Shown in pieces: positions 34,217 to 46,410 of a stretch of 64,000 bases of DNA. Every line of letters begins with the position of its first letter. The first letter of the stretch is position 1. The stretch spans positions 9,691 through 73,690 of the forward strand of contig DATDPU010000033.1 in the NCBI GenBank assembly GCA_035292585.1, written 5' to 3'. A model generated the notes under the pieces. It saw nothing but the letters and a program-made list of their open reading frames with translations, had not been told where the DNA came from and did not search any database. The stretch comes from Anaerolineae bacterium (lineage in GTDB: Bacteria > Chloroflexota > Anaerolineae > Fen-1058). Both the position numbers and the translations under genes were made by a program.

Positions 34217-35452
34217 TTATTCGTGTTCATTCGTGTGACTTCGTGGATTAACATCCGTCAGGGGCAGCCAGATCGCGAAAGTGCTGCCCTTGCCCGGTTC
34301 GCTCTTCAAGGTGATTTGGCCGCCGTGCGCAACCACGATGCGGTGCGCCAGCGCCAGGCCCAAGCCAATGCCTTCGAAGTGCCGGCGATCGCTCATATCG
34401 GCCTGTGTGAACGCTTTGAACAACAGGCGTTGGCGCTCAACCGGGATGCCGACGCCCGAATCGGCCACGCCGATGACCACGTGCGGCCGGGGAGTCTGGC
34501 CTGGCCCCTGCACCGGACTATGCGCGCCGAGCACCACGCGCCCCCCTTTCGGCGTGAACTTGATCGCGTTATCGACCAAATGGCCCAGCGCGTTGGCCAG
34601 GCGCGCCGGGTCGGCCGGGATGCGCACGTCCGTCGGCGGTGGAACCGCCTGGAGCGCGACGCCTTTATCACGCGCCCGAGACGAATAGAGTTCGTGCGTC
34701 TCCCGGATGACCTCCGCGACGCTGACCTGATCCACTTCGAGTTGCAACTCGCCGCGCTCCAACAGGCTGAAGTCGAGCAGGTTATCGACCAGCCGCTTGA
34801 GGCGGCGGCTGTAAGTCTGAATGTTGGAGAGGTGTTCACGCTGGCGCTCGGACGGGAGTGAATTGCCTTCGTTGAGCAATTGGGCGGCCAACAGAATCAC
34901 CGAGAGCGGCGTGCGCAGTTCGTGGGACACAATCGAGACGAACTCGCTCTTCATGCGATCCAGGCTTTGCAGTTGCGCGTAGGCCTCGCGCAGTTCGCGC
35001 GTCTGCTCGGCCACCGTCTGTTCCAGGTGCGCGTTGGCCTGTTTGAGCTCGTTCACCAACCGCCGGTTGTCGATCTCCAGGCTGCGCTGCAGCAGCGCGC
35101 GATCGATGGTGAACTGGAGCTGATCGACGTTTTCCACCGGCTTGAGCAAATAGTCGTACGCGCCGTGGCGCAGCGCGTCCAGCGCGGTGTCCAGCGAGGC
35201 GTGGCCGGTGAGGATGATGACCTGGGTTTCCTTCGCGCGCTCCTTCACCCGATGCAGCACGCCCAGCCCGTTCAGGCGCGGCATCTGCAAATCGGTCAAC
35301 ACCAGGTCGAACGGCTGCGTGGTGAACAGACGCACCGCCGTCTCGCCGTCGTAGGCGACCTGGACTTCGTAGCCTTGTTGTGATAAATAACCCTGCAAAA
35401 AAGCGGCGACATCGCGACTGTCATCTGCCACCAGGATGCGCTGTTTGGCCAT
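34217..35452 (-). CDS. hybrid response regulator-histidine kinase (N-terminal receiver, HisKA, HATPase_c)
   Basis: Receiver with DD...D...K residues (ILVADDS...LVLTDLQMP...), SHELRTP H-box, and HATPase motifs. Its N-terminal 150 aa are highly similar to the protein at 50251-51447. Confidence 0.85.
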   Translation of the reverse strand: MAKQRILVADDSRDVAAFLQGYLSQQGYEVQVAYDGETAVRLFTTQPFDLVLTDLQMPRLNGLGVLHRVKERAKETQVIILTGHASLDTALDALRHGAYDYLLKPVENVDQLQFTIDRALLQRSLEIDNRRLVNELKQANAHLEQTVAEQTRELREAYAQLQSLDRMKSEFVSIVSHELRTPLSVILLAAQLLNEGNSLPSERQREHLSNIQTYSRRLKRLVDNLLDFSLLERGELQLEVDQVSVAEVIRETHELYSSRARDKGVALQAVPPPTDVRIPADPARLANALGHLVDNAIKFTPKGGRVVLGAHSPVQGPGQTPRPHVVIGVADSGVGIPVERQRLLFKAFTQADMSDRRHFEGIGLGLALAHRIVVAHGGQITLKSEPGKGSTFAIWLPLTDVNPRSHTNEHE

Positions 35453-35574
35453 CCGGCTTACCTCGATTCTCCAGACCTGCCGGGTCTTGGAGACGAGGCA
35501 GGTCTGCACGGATTATACACCCGATGTCCGGCCCGTTCTTGTCAGCGATGGGGTGACGTGCTACACTCGCGTCG

Positions 35575-36393
35575 ATGAGCGACTACGCAACTTTCGCCCG
35601 GCTGTACGACTTTTTTTACGAGGGTATTGCCGACGATATCCCGCTGTATCAAGGTTTTGCCGAGCGGACCGGCGGCCGGGTGCTGGAGATCGGCGTCGGC
35701 ACGGGGCGGGTGGCGGTGCCCCTGGCCCAGGCCGGCTGTACCGTCACCGGTCTCGATTCGTCGGATGCGATGCTGGCGATCGCGCAGGCGCAGGCGGCTA
35801 AGGCCGGGGTCGCCGATCGGGTGCAGCTGGTGCGGGCCGACATGCGCCGCTTCGAGCTTGGCGCGCGTTTCGATCTGGTGATCGTCCCGATCAACACTTT
35901 CATGCACAACCTGACGCTCGACGATCAGCTCGACACGCTGACCCACATCCGGCGGCACCTGGCGCCGCCGGGCCTGCTGGTGATCGATCTGTTCAATCCC
36001 GACCCGACCCTGCCCGATGATCGACGCCTGATTTTGCAGCGGGTTCGGCCTGGCCCCGGCGGTCAACCCGTCCTGCAATTCACGACACGCGCGTTGGATT
36101 GGGAGCACCAGGTGTCGGCGGCGATGTTCATTGTCGACGAGCCGAATGAGGAAGGGTTCATCCGGCGCACGACCTTCGCGTTCGAGCTGCGCTTTTTGTT
36201 TCGGAACGAGGTGGAGCTGTTGCTGCGCCAGACCGGCTTTACGCTCGAAGCGGTGTACGGCTCGTACGACCTGGCTCCCTTTGAGGCGGGCGCGGAGAAG
36301 CTCATCGTCGTGGCGCGGCCCTCACCCTCCCCCGCCTCGCTGCGCTCGTCACCCCCTCCCTCTCCCGATACGTCGGGAGAGGGAGGGGGTTAG
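35575..36393 (+). CDS. class I SAM-dependent methyltransferase
   Basis: VLEIGVGTGR motif I, with post-I acidic and motif II patterns. Confidence 0.8.
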   Translation: MSDYATFARLYDFFYEGIADDIPLYQGFAERTGGRVLEIGVGTGRVAVPLAQAGCTVTGLDSSDAMLAIAQAQAAKAGVADRVQLVRADMRRFELGARFDLVIVPINTFMHNLTLDDQLDTLTHIRRHLAPPGLLVIDLFNPDPTLPDDRRLILQRVRPGPGGQPVLQFTTRALDWEHQVSAAMFIVDEPNEEGFIRRTTFAFELRFLFRNEVELLLRQTGFTLEAVYGSYDLAPFEAGAEKLIVVARPSPSPASLRSSPPPSPDTSGEGGG

Positions 36394-37292
36394 GGGGTAG
36401 GTGAGGGCGTCGGGTTCTTCACCACCAGCACAGCGGTGTTCAACGCTTCCAGCACGTGCGCCGAAATGTTATCCAGCAGCAGGCGGCTGACGCCGCGCGC
36501 GAATTGCGCGCCGACGACGACCAGATCGTAGTTGCCCTCGTGCGCCTCGGCATCGATCTCGTCCAGCACCAACCCGTGGCGCACTTTGATCTCGCCGCGC
36601 ACGCCCGCCGCGCGCAGCAGGTCCAGCGCGGCGCTCAGGTGCAGCCCCTCGCGCGTGCCATGCGCGATCAATTCCTCGGCCGAGGCCTCCAGGGCGTACA
36701 GGTCGGAGTCTTCACTCAACGCGATCTGCGACATCACGTGTAGCACGGTCATGTCCGCCTCGGTCATGGCCGCCACATTCACGGCGAACTGCACGTCGCG
36801 CAGGCCCGGCTCGCCCCCGGCCGTGCACACCAGGATGCGGCGCAATTCGCCGGCCGCTTTTTTGACCACCAGCACGGAGCAGGGCGCATACTGCATCACG
36901 CGCGCCGAGGTCGATCCCAGGAGGAAGCGGGTCAAACCGCGCAGCCCGCGCGCGCCGACGATCAGCAGATCGTAGTTGCCGGACTCGGCTTCCTTGAGGA
37001 TCTCTTCGGCGGCATGGCCGCGCGCGATCTTGATCGAGACCTCCGCCTGGGTTGGGCGCAGCCGGGCGAACAGGAGATCGAGCGCGTGCTTGATCGCGCC
37101 GGCCTCCCGCTCGTTTTCGAGCGTGCCAAACAACGTCACCTGGTTGCCCGGCGCCTTGAGCAGGTACGTCGCGAAGCGCGCCGCCTGCTCGGAAGGCGCC
37201 GACCCATCGGAGCACATCAAAATCCGCACCTTAGCAACTCCCAAACATGATGGCCGATGGCTTACGGCCGATCGCGTATCGCGGAAGGTCAA
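36390..37292 (-). CDS. tandem universal stress protein (2x UspA domains)
   Basis: Two USP-like halves, each with a G-x2-G-x9-G(S/T) ATP-binding-like motif (LLGSTSARV). Confidence 0.7.
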   Translation of the reverse strand: MTFRDTRSAVSHRPSCLGVAKVRILMCSDGSAPSEQAARFATYLLKAPGNQVTLFGTLENEREAGAIKHALDLLFARLRPTQAEVSIKIARGHAAEEILKEAESGNYDLLIVGARGLRGLTRFLLGSTSARVMQYAPCSVLVVKKAAGELRRILVCTAGGEPGLRDVQFAVNVAAMTEADMTVLHVMSQIALSEDSDLYALEASAEELIAHGTREGLHLSAALDLLRAAGVRGEIKVRHGLVLDEIDAEAHEGNYDLVVVGAQFARGVSRLLLDNISAHVLEALNTAVLVVKNPTPSPTP

Positions 37293-37343
37293 AAACGGCG
37301 GCCCGGCGCGAGGTGCGATAGGCGCGATGCCAGCGGCGCGCCG

Positions 37344-38396
37344 CTAAAGCAGCAGCAGCAGAATCGGCGCGCCGACCACCGCCAGCATGAAGATGGTCAG
37401 GTTACGGCGGTTGTGCGTCACCCGACCGACGAGGTTCAACACCAACCGTTCGTAGCCGCGATACGAAATGGACAAGATCGCCAGCGAGACCAGCGCCACG
37501 CTCAACATCTCGACCAGCACGATCGTGAAAGCGGCCGGGTTGTTCATCAACACCGACGCCACCAGCGTATCGACAAACGTGGTGACGTTGGCGCCCATGA
37601 TGTAGGGCACCACGTTCTCGACGCGGATATAGCCGCGCGCGGAGAGCGGCACCAGCAACCCCAGCGATACCGAGACGGACATCGAAATACTGGTGACGGC
37701 CATGCCTAAGCCGAACATCACGATCGGCCGGTACAGCAGGCGCGGCGTTTCGCCGAAGCCGGTGCCGCTGAGATCGAGGTCGGGCAAGGCGCGATCGAAC
37801 ACGTTGAAGGCGACCATCACCACGCCGACGCCGACGCCGAAGATCAACAGGCCCGGCGCCCACGACGTGATCCAGCCCACGATCGGATCGAAAACGGCAT
37901 CCATCACCGACGCCAACTGGCTGGTGGCCGTGAAGTGTAACGTGCTCAACCAACCGTTCGACAGAATGAGATAACCCAACAGCATCGCCGGCAGGTACGT
38001 CGTCCAGGTCGTGAGCAGCGAGACCAACCCCATGCCCAGGCTCCGCTTGGACTCCTGGCCCCGCAGCAAGTAGACGAAGCCGATGAACAGCACGATGAAC
38101 GACGCGCCCATACGCGAGCCGTTGATCATCATGAAAGCTTCCACGGTATCGACCGCGCCGCCGTTGAACAGACCCAGGGTGGCGGCGGCGACGGGCGATC
38201 CGCTCAACACAAAATACGCGCCGAGCCAGCCGAAGCCCAGAGCATTAAACGGGTTGCTGATCAGCGAGGTCTCGCGCAGCAGCGGCGCGAGCGTTTTTGC
38301 GCCGGCCTTCATCAACTGGATGGCCAGGATGAAAAAAAACAGGCCCGCCGCGCCATAGGCAATCTTCTGCACGTGAATTCGCGGCAGTCGGCGCAT
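37344..38396 (-). CDS. Na+/phosphate cotransporter family protein (NptA-like, no PhoU domain)
   Basis: Polytopic membrane protein with duplicated Na/Pi cotransporter motifs (SGSPVAAATLGL...; GANVTTFVDTL). The start is chosen at MRRLPRIHV. Confidence 0.65.
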   Translation of the reverse strand: MRRLPRIHVQKIAYGAAGLFFFILAIQLMKAGAKTLAPLLRETSLISNPFNALGFGWLGAYFVLSGSPVAAATLGLFNGGAVDTVEAFMMINGSRMGASFIVLFIGFVYLLRGQESKRSLGMGLVSLLTTWTTYLPAMLLGYLILSNGWLSTLHFTATSQLASVMDAVFDPIVGWITSWAPGLLIFGVGVGVVMVAFNVFDRALPDLDLSGTGFGETPRLLYRPIVMFGLGMAVTSISMSVSVSLGLLVPLSARGYIRVENVVPYIMGANVTTFVDTLVASVLMNNPAAFTIVLVEMLSVALVSLAILSISYRGYERLVLNLVGRVTHNRRNLTIFMLAVVGAPILLLLL

Positions 38397-38400
38397 CGGC

Positions 38401-39027
38401 TCAGGCCTCGCCCCGCGCTTCGCGCGCCAGCCGCGCGTAAAAGGCGGCCAGCACGGCGTGGCGCTCCTCGGCAATGGCGCGTCCGGTGCGTGTGGTCATG
38501 CGCTCGCGCAAGCGCGACAGTTTCACCACGTACTCGTGATGCGGGGTGTGCTCGCCCGGCCGGGCCTGGCCGTGTGCGAACCGCTCCGGGTAGTCGGCGG
38601 CGACCTCGTCCCACAGCCGCTGGCCGATCACGCCAGTGTAGGCGAACGCGCGCGCCGCGCCGATCGCGCCGATCGCATCGAGCTTGTCGGCGTCGAACAG
38701 GCAGCGCGCTTCGAGCGTGTCGGGCGGCGGGCCGGAGCGAAAGCGATGTTGGAGGATGGCGCGCACGACCGCCTCCACTTTTTCGGGTGGCTGGGCTTGC
38801 AAAATTTCGCGGGCGCGCCCCGCCGCCACTTCGGCGTGATCGCGCCCCGAGCGATCCCCGCGTCCCACGTCGTGCAGCAGCGCCGCCGCGCGCACGATCG
38901 CGACGTCGGCCCCTTCGGCGCGCGCCAGCCGCTCGGCCAGCGCCGTCACGCGCAGCACGTGATCAAAATCGTGGGCGGGATCGTGCAAATCGGCATAGTA
39001 GCGACGCGCTTCAGCGGGCTCGATCAC
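38401..39027 (-). CDS. HD-domain phosphohydrolase
   Basis: HD motif FDHVLRV...LLHDVGR. The start is uncertain: GTG at 39027 overlaps the upstream stop by 17 nt, or ATG at 39081. Confidence 0.6.
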   Translation of the reverse strand: MIEPAEARRYYADLHDPAHDFDHVLRVTALAERLARAEGADVAIVRAAALLHDVGRGDRSGRDHAEVAAGRAREILQAQPPEKVEAVVRAILQHRFRSGPPPDTLEARCLFDADKLDAIGAIGAARAFAYTGVIGQRLWDEVAADYPERFAHGQARPGEHTPHHEYVVKLSRLRERMTTRTGRAIAEERHAVLAAFYARLAREARGEA

Positions 39028-40159
39028 GCACGCGCTCCTCGGCAACCTGATAAATGATGCGGGCTGCCCGGAACGCCGCATTCGGTCGAGCGATGGCGCG
39101 CGCGTTCACCGACAACTCTTCCAGGCGTCCGGGGTTGTTCAACCAGGCGCGCAGCGTGGTGACGACTTGGGCGGGGCGCGGGCAATACGCCCCGGCGCCG
39201 GCCTGGATCACGAATTGCGGGTTGCCTTCTTCCTGCCCGGGGACGAAGTCGAAGAGGATGAGCGGCAGGCCGCGCACCAGGGCTTCGGCAATCGTATTCG
39301 AACCGGCTTTGCCGATCAGGACCGTGGCCGCGGCCATCCAATCGGACATGTTGCGCGTGAAGCCCAGCACGCGCGTGGGCATCGGCCAATCGGCGGCTTC
39401 CAACTCTTCGCGCAGCATCTGGTTGCGCCCGGTGATGATCACCAACTGCGCGTCCAGCCCGCTCTCGCCGAGCGTGTGGGCGATATCGTAGACCCGACCC
39501 ATGCCCTCGCCCCCGCCGCTCAACAAGATGATCGGCTTGCGTGGATCGAAGCCTAAGCGCCGGCGCAACAGATCGGGCGGCTCGATCGGATCGAGAAAGC
39601 GGGGATGCACCGGCAGGCCGGTGACGGCAACGCGATCGGCGGGCGCACCCCGGCGGATCGCCCGCTCGCGCGCCACCTCGGTCGGCACGAGATAGCGCTC
39701 TGCGCCGGGCGCGCACCACAGCGCATGATTCGTGACAATGTCGGTGAAGACGAAGAGGCAAGGGATGCGCAGCCAGGTGAGCGGGTAACTGTAGGTGGGG
39801 TGGAAGGAGACGAACAGATCGGCCGGACGATCGGCCAGCAGCTCGCGCATCGCGCGGCGCATGGGCCACCACATGATGCTGGCGCCCAGGCGAATGCGGG
39901 CGTGCGTATCGAGCGCATGGAAGAACGCGCCGAGCAGGGGCCGGGCAAAGCGCGCCGTCTGCGTGTAGGTCTGCCGGCCCCGGTTGTAGGGGAACGGCGC
40001 GTAGTCGGCCAGCGCGTCGACGAGCTCAACCTGCGCGCAATCGCCGGCGGTTCGGCGCAGGGCTTCGCGCACGGCTTCGGCCGGGGCGCGATGCCCGCCG
40101 CCGACGTCGGCGAACAGGAAGACGAGTCGAGCCGGGCGTTGAGGGGTTAGGGTCGACAC
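39011..40159 (-). CDS. GT28-family glycosyltransferase (MurG-like; MGDG/diglucosyl-DAG synthase-like)
   Basis: N-terminal GGGH motif (ADVGGGHRAPAEA), a C-terminal GT-B fold with GAG...E pattern, and about 380 aa length typical of bacterial MGDG synthase/UgtP. Confidence 0.7.
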   Translation of the reverse strand: MSTLTPQRPARLVFLFADVGGGHRAPAEAVREALRRTAGDCAQVELVDALADYAPFPYNRGRQTYTQTARFARPLLGAFFHALDTHARIRLGASIMWWPMRRAMRELLADRPADLFVSFHPTYSYPLTWLRIPCLFVFTDIVTNHALWCAPGAERYLVPTEVARERAIRRGAPADRVAVTGLPVHPRFLDPIEPPDLLRRRLGFDPRKPIILLSGGGEGMGRVYDIAHTLGESGLDAQLVIITGRNQMLREELEAADWPMPTRVLGFTRNMSDWMAAATVLIGKAGSNTIAEALVRGLPLILFDFVPGQEEGNPQFVIQAGAGAYCPRPAQVVTTLRAWLNNPGRLEELSVNARAIARPNAAFRAARIIYQVAEERVRDRAR

Positions 40160-40162
40160 AGG

Positions 40163-40390
40163 TCAGGTTGACCGATTGGCAAGCGCTGAGCGATCCGTTG
40201 TCGCTGCGCGCCGGACGAAAGTCTTGAGGCGTTTCGCGAACTCCCCACGCGGAAGCAGCACCCGCCGGCCGCAGGTGGCGCACTTGAGGCCAATGTCTGC
40301 GCCCACGCGCACCACCGTCCATTCGTAGCCGCCGCACGGATGGGGTTTGCGCAGGCGGACGACATCATCGATTTCTACCTGAACCGGCAT
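40163..40390 (-). CDS. DUF951 family small protein
   Basis: 75 aa with the conserved [23 protein letters not shown] pattern. Confidence 0.7.
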   Translation of the reverse strand: MPVQVEIDDVVRLRKPHPCGGYEWTVVRVGADIGLKCATCGRRVLLPRGEFAKRLKTFVRRAATTDRSALANRST

Positions 40391-40477
40391 GGGGTATCCT
40401 ATAGCGATGCCCGGTCTTTGTAAGCACCCGAAGCGGGGGGCAGGGGCGCCGACCTGGCACGCCTGGATTATAAACTG

Positions 40478-42427
40478 TTATGGGCTGACGGACAACACTC
40501 GCTGTGGGCCTTCGCCGTTCTCGCGCGTTGCCAGCCGGTAGGAGACGGTCGTCACCGTCGCCCGATCGAGGTCTTGCAGCGCCAGGTTGAGCGCGATCGC
40601 CGCGTTCTGGTGCAGCGCTTGCTCCAACAGGTTGTCCATCACCAGATGGCCGACGATGACGTGGATGAAGCCCTGCGGTATTTCTTTGAGCAGGTCTTCG
40701 ATATAGCGGTGCACCGGATCGGCCAGGTTGCGATAGGGCGAGGGTAGGAGGGTCAGGTAGGCCTCGTCGCCGATACGCTCCTGCCACTTCTGCTTCACGC
40801 GCTCCGCCTTGTCCGGGTCGATGGCGACGTGTACGGCGGTCCAGGGGACGCCCAGCGATTTGGCGAAGTTGATGGTGTGAATCGTTCCGGCGTGGACATC
40901 GTCGACCAGCACCAGCGTCTTGACCGGGCGCGGGCGGATGTTGGGCCAGCGCGTGCCCTGACCCAAAATGCGCGCCACATCTTTGTAATGGCTGTGAATG
41001 CGGAAGAAGATGAACACCAGCGTCGGGATCAGGATGACGACGATCCACGCTCCCTCGCGGAATTTGGCGACCGCGAAAATCAGCATCACGATGCCCGTCA
41101 TCGTCGCGCCGAAGCCGCTGATAAACATCTTCAGACGCCAGCGCGGATCATGCTGCACCGGGAAGCCGTGCAGCTCGGCGTGCTCGCCGGGCCGCAGGCG
41201 GCCGATCGCGCGCCAGCGCCGCACCATGCCCGACTGCGACAGCGTGAACGAGAGGAACACGCCGACAGCGTACAGCGGGATCAAGCGCGTCGTCTCGGCG
41301 TCAAACATGATCACCAGCAGCGAGGCCATCGCGGCCAGCACTACAATTCCCCAGTGGAACACCAGCCGCCGCCCGCGATAGGTCAGCTGCCGGGGCAGGA
41401 AGCCATCCTGCGCCATGAAGTTCGCCACGCGCGGGAAGTCGGCGAACGAGGTATTGGCCGCCATCAACAGGATGATCGCCGTCGCCATTAGCAACAGCAC
41501 GTACAGCGCCCCTTCGCCGAAAATGGTGCGGCCGATCTGCGACATGACCGTCTCCGTCATACCCTCGAAGGCATACGCATCGACCTGGTGCGCCAGCAGC
41601 GTGATGCCCAGGAAGGTCGTGGTGAGGATGGCGACCAGCACGGTCAGCGTCAGCGCCGCATTGCGACTGCGCGGCTCTTTGAACGCCGGCACGCCATCGG
41701 AGATGGCCTCGATGCCGGTCAAGGCGGTGCAGCCGCTGGCAAAGGCGCGCAGCACCAGCAGCACGGTCAGCGGCTGCGCCTGGTGTTCGATGAATTCTCG
41801 CGGTGTGACCGCGCCCAGCGTACCCGTGAGTAACTGAATCAGGCCGGCGCCAAGCGTCAGCGCCATCAGGGTGATGAAGAAGTAGGTGGGGATGGCGAAC
41901 GCCCGCCCCGATTCCTTCACGCCGCGCAGGTTGATCAGCGTGATGGCCCAAATCACCGCCAACGCGATCTGCACTTTGTACGGATGTAACTCCTGAGCGA
42001 ACGAGGCGATCTGTTCCACACCGTTGGAAATGCTCACGGCCACCGTCAGGATGTAATCGGTCAGCAGCGCCGCGCCGGCGACTTGCGCAACGTTGAGGCC
42101 CAGGTTATGACGTGACACGATGTACGCGCCGCCGCCGGTCGGATACGCGTAGATCGTCTGCCGGTATGAAATGGTGACGATGATCAACAGGCCGGCGATC
42201 ACCAGTGCGATAGGGATCGACAGGCCGAAGACGGCGGCGCCCGCCAGCGCCAGCACGATCAGGATTTCCTGCGTGGCGTAGGCCACCGACGACAGCGCAT
42301 CCGACGCGAATACGGCCAGCGCGACCCTTTTGCTGATCGCCTGGTGCGGCGCGTCGGCGGTGCTCAGCGGCGGGCCAAATAAAATACGCGCCAACGAGCG
42401 GCGCGGCGCCGTTACAGTTGTTGCCAT
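40478..42427 (-). CDS. APC-superfamily amino acid permease with about 200-aa C-terminal cytoplasmic domain
   Basis: 12-TM APC pattern (start MATTVTAPRR), followed by a soluble C-terminal region of unknown function. Confidence 0.7.
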   Translation of the reverse strand: MATTVTAPRRSLARILFGPPLSTADAPHQAISKRVALAVFASDALSSVAYATQEILIVLALAGAAVFGLSIPIALVIAGLLIIVTISYRQTIYAYPTGGGAYIVSRHNLGLNVAQVAGAALLTDYILTVAVSISNGVEQIASFAQELHPYKVQIALAVIWAITLINLRGVKESGRAFAIPTYFFITLMALTLGAGLIQLLTGTLGAVTPREFIEHQAQPLTVLLVLRAFASGCTALTGIEAISDGVPAFKEPRSRNAALTLTVLVAILTTTFLGITLLAHQVDAYAFEGMTETVMSQIGRTIFGEGALYVLLLMATAIILLMAANTSFADFPRVANFMAQDGFLPRQLTYRGRRLVFHWGIVVLAAMASLLVIMFDAETTRLIPLYAVGVFLSFTLSQSGMVRRWRAIGRLRPGEHAELHGFPVQHDPRWRLKMFISGFGATMTGIVMLIFAVAKFREGAWIVVILIPTLVFIFFRIHSHYKDVARILGQGTRWPNIRPRPVKTLVLVDDVHAGTIHTINFAKSLGVPWTAVHVAIDPDKAERVKQKWQERIGDEAYLTLLPSPYRNLADPVHRYIEDLLKEIPQGFIHVIVGHLVMDNLLEQALHQNAAIALNLALQDLDRATVTTVSYRLATRENGEGPQRVLSVSP

Positions 42428-42495
42428 GTGTAGCTCCATCAGCCGGCCGGCAAGCGCGTGGAACCCGGCCGGTCTATCTTCTACCTCTACCCTAC

Positions 42496-42648
42496 TACTA
42501 CCCCGACCGCCTCATTCTGCGGGGTTGGGACGGCAGTTGCACTGCCGTCCGCCGCAGTTCTGGCCGCCGCCCGCCCTCCTAAACTGCAAATGAGGGCGGC
42601 GGTCATGCGGCGGGAACTATGCAATTTCAAGTTGTCGAAGTACTACAC
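42496..42648. repeat. GC-rich hairpin element family E, short copy
   Basis: Shares both ends with 17413-17637 and contains GGACGGCAGTTGCACTGCCGTCC plus a GCCGCCCGCCCTCC...GAGGGCGGCGG hairpin. It sits between the permease start and the TrkA stop. Confidence 0.75.
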
Positions 42649-43308
42649 TCGTCCCAGCAGCTTGGCCAGCGCTTCGCGCTGCGCCGTCCGCACGACGGCC
42701 AGCACTTCGTCAAACGCGTGCAGCACCGTATCGCCGCGCGGGGTGATCACGTCGCCTTTGCGGATCACTGCCGCGATGGTGCAGTCGGGCGGCCAGGGCA
42801 CATCCTTGATGGCCTGGCCGTTGGCGACGGCGGTCTCGGCGATCTTCTCCTCCACGATTTCCACTTCGCCTTTGCGCAGCGTGAGCAGCGTCAGCATATC
42901 GCCCAGCGACATCTCTTCCGCAATCATCTTGGCTATCAGGTCGGCCTGGTTCAGCGCCACGTCCACCCCCATTTCCGACGTGAACAGCCAGGCGTTGCGC
43001 GGGTTGTTGACGCGCGCGATGATGCGCGGCACGTTGAATTCAAATCGCGCCAAACTGGTGACGACGAGGTTGGTCTCATCGCTGCCGGTGACCGCGGCGA
43101 CCACGTTCGCCTTGCGGATCCCCGATTGTTCAAGCCGGGTCGGGTCGGTCCCATCGCCGGGATTGATGATCTCGGCCGGCAGCTCCTGATGCAGCTTAAC
43201 CAGCACATCGGGCCGCGGATCGATGATGCGAATCGTATGTCCTTCGTCCAGGAGGATCGAACCCAGGTGTGAACCGACCTTACCGCCGCCAATGATCAAG
43301 ACAAACAT
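42643..43308 (-). CDS. TrkA-family K+ transport regulatory protein (NAD-binding + TrkA_C)
   Basis: IIGGGKVG Rossmann motif at the N-terminus and a C-terminal RCK_C pattern. Confidence 0.85.
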   Translation of the reverse strand: MFVLIIGGGKVGSHLGSILLDEGHTIRIIDPRPDVLVKLHQELPAEIINPGDGTDPTRLEQSGIRKANVVAAVTGSDETNLVVTSLARFEFNVPRIIARVNNPRNAWLFTSEMGVDVALNQADLIAKMIAEEMSLGDMLTLLTLRKGEVEIVEEKIAETAVANGQAIKDVPWPPDCTIAAVIRKGDVITPRGDTVLHAFDEVLAVVRTAQREALAKLLGRV

Positions 43309-43327
43309 GTTCCCTCCGCGCGATGCG

Positions 43328-43975
43328 TCACTGCGTCCGCACCTGTGCTTCCAGCTCCGCCAGCAACTCGGAAGGCAGGCTCAAATACGCCAGGTCGGCC
43401 GTCTGAAACGTTTCGCCGGCCCTGGGCACGAAGGCGCGGCCGGCGCGCGTCACCGCCACGACCAGCGCCCGGCTGTTCAACACACCCGCCAGCGGACGGC
43501 CCACCCAGGCGGCGGGAACCTTCACTTCCAGCAGCTTCACTTCGCCGTGACCGATCAGCTCCATCTCGATCAGGCCGGGGTGCAGCAGGAGATGCTGGAT
43601 GCGCTGCGCTCCCCAGGACGAGGAGGCAACCGTCTGCAAGCCCATGCGCTCATAGACTTCGTAGCGCGCCGGGTTGTAGATGCGCGCCACGACATTGGGC
43701 ACTTTGTAGATGTCCCGCGCGATCTTGGCGGCAATGATGTTGGCGTTATCGCTGGCGGTGGTTGTGGCAAACGCCTGCGCCGCTTCGATGCCGGCGCGTT
43801 GCAGCACGCTGCGGTCGAAACCGAAGCCCTGCACGGTGCGGCCTTTGAAGTCCGGCCCGAGCCGCTCGAAGGCGCCAGGGTTCATATCGACGATGGTCAC
43901 AGCGTGACCTTGCTGCGAGATGGATACGGCCAGTTCGGCGCCGACCCGCCCGCAACCCACAATGAGCACGTTCAT
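43328..43975 (-). CDS. TrkA-family K+ transport regulatory protein (second paralogue)
   Basis: IVGCGRVG Rossmann motif, same architecture, and only 19 nt from the first trkA. Confidence 0.85.
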   Translation of the reverse strand: MNVLIVGCGRVGAELAVSISQQGHAVTIVDMNPGAFERLGPDFKGRTVQGFGFDRSVLQRAGIEAAQAFATTTASDNANIIAAKIARDIYKVPNVVARIYNPARYEVYERMGLQTVASSSWGAQRIQHLLLHPGLIEMELIGHGEVKLLEVKVPAAWVGRPLAGVLNSRALVVAVTRAGRAFVPRAGETFQTADLAYLSLPSELLAELEAQVRTQ

Positions 43976-44108
43976 TCAGCTTCCTCCACTGCCGGACAAA
44001 TCAAAAGCCCACCCCGACGACGGGCGGGCCTTATGCGCGTGTACGCTCGCCTACGTAATTTGCATCCCGATTATAGCGAGGACTGGATCGCCTGTCAAAA
44101 TCGATCGG

Positions 44109-44516
44109 CTAACGCGTGAGAATGCGACGGACCTGTTCGGCCGAGCGATTGAGCGCCAACATCACCAGACCCAGTTTCGCCTCGTGGCTGACCATCACGG
44201 CCAGCGCGGCATCGGCGCCGGCCGGCACGACCACGATCCCGCCTTCACTGCCATCGATCAGCACGCGACTGATCGTGCCGCGCGCGAGTTGCGCCAGTAC
44301 GCGATCGCTCAACGCGATGATCGACGCCGCCATCGCGGCCACCTGCGGGCTATCGGCCGGGTTCTCGGCGCGCTTGCGGCGGCCGTTTCCGTGCGGCAAA
44401 TGCGCGGCCACTACGAACCCGTCCAGACTGACCACGACGGTCCCTTGCAGACCATCCACCGCCTCGTGCAGGCTGCGCAGGATATCCTCGATCTGATTGA
44501 CGCGATATTCGGGCAT
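44109..44516 (-). CDS. roadblock/LC7 (MglB-like) domain protein
   Basis: About 135 aa with the roadblock pattern (VVVSLDGFVVAA...AAMAASIIALS...LIDGSEGGIVVV). The start is chosen at MPEYRV. Confidence 0.65.
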   Translation of the reverse strand: MPEYRVNQIEDILRSLHEAVDGLQGTVVVSLDGFVVAAHLPHGNGRRKRAENPADSPQVAAMAASIIALSDRVLAQLARGTISRVLIDGSEGGIVVVPAGADAALAVMVSHEAKLGLVMLALNRSAEQVRRILTR

Positions 44517-44565
44517 AAACTCAACCTGGCCTCCAGGCCACGAAACCACGCAGAGTATACCACGC

Positions 44566-44629
44566 AACCAACCAACCAACTAGCCAACTAACCAACGAAC
44601 ACTTGTTGGTTGGATAGTTGGATCGTTGG

Positions 44630-44633
<4 letters not shown>
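44566..44633. repeat. hairpin-forming heptamer array (CAACCAA units facing TTGGTTG units)
   Basis: Inverted repeat seen between the hutU stop and the roadblock start. It shares TTGGATAGTTGG with 30637-30648. Confidence 0.75.
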
Positions 44634-46285
<1,652 letters not shown>

Positions 46286-46334
46286 CCTCCAGTTCGACGC
46301 TGGCCGCAGGTCTTAGCGCAGCACCCCTCGCTGT

Positions 46335-46410
46335 TCGGGCAGCAGTTGCACTGCTGCCGCCCGCCCCCCTATAATTGCAATGAGGGGCGGCTGAACTGCG
46401 GCGGAAATAG
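46335..46410. repeat. GC-rich hairpin element (GCAGTTGCACTGC core plus GCCGCCCGCCCCCC...GAGGGGCGGC hairpin)
   Basis: Immediately upstream of hutU. Related to family E and to 49990-50075. Confidence 0.6.
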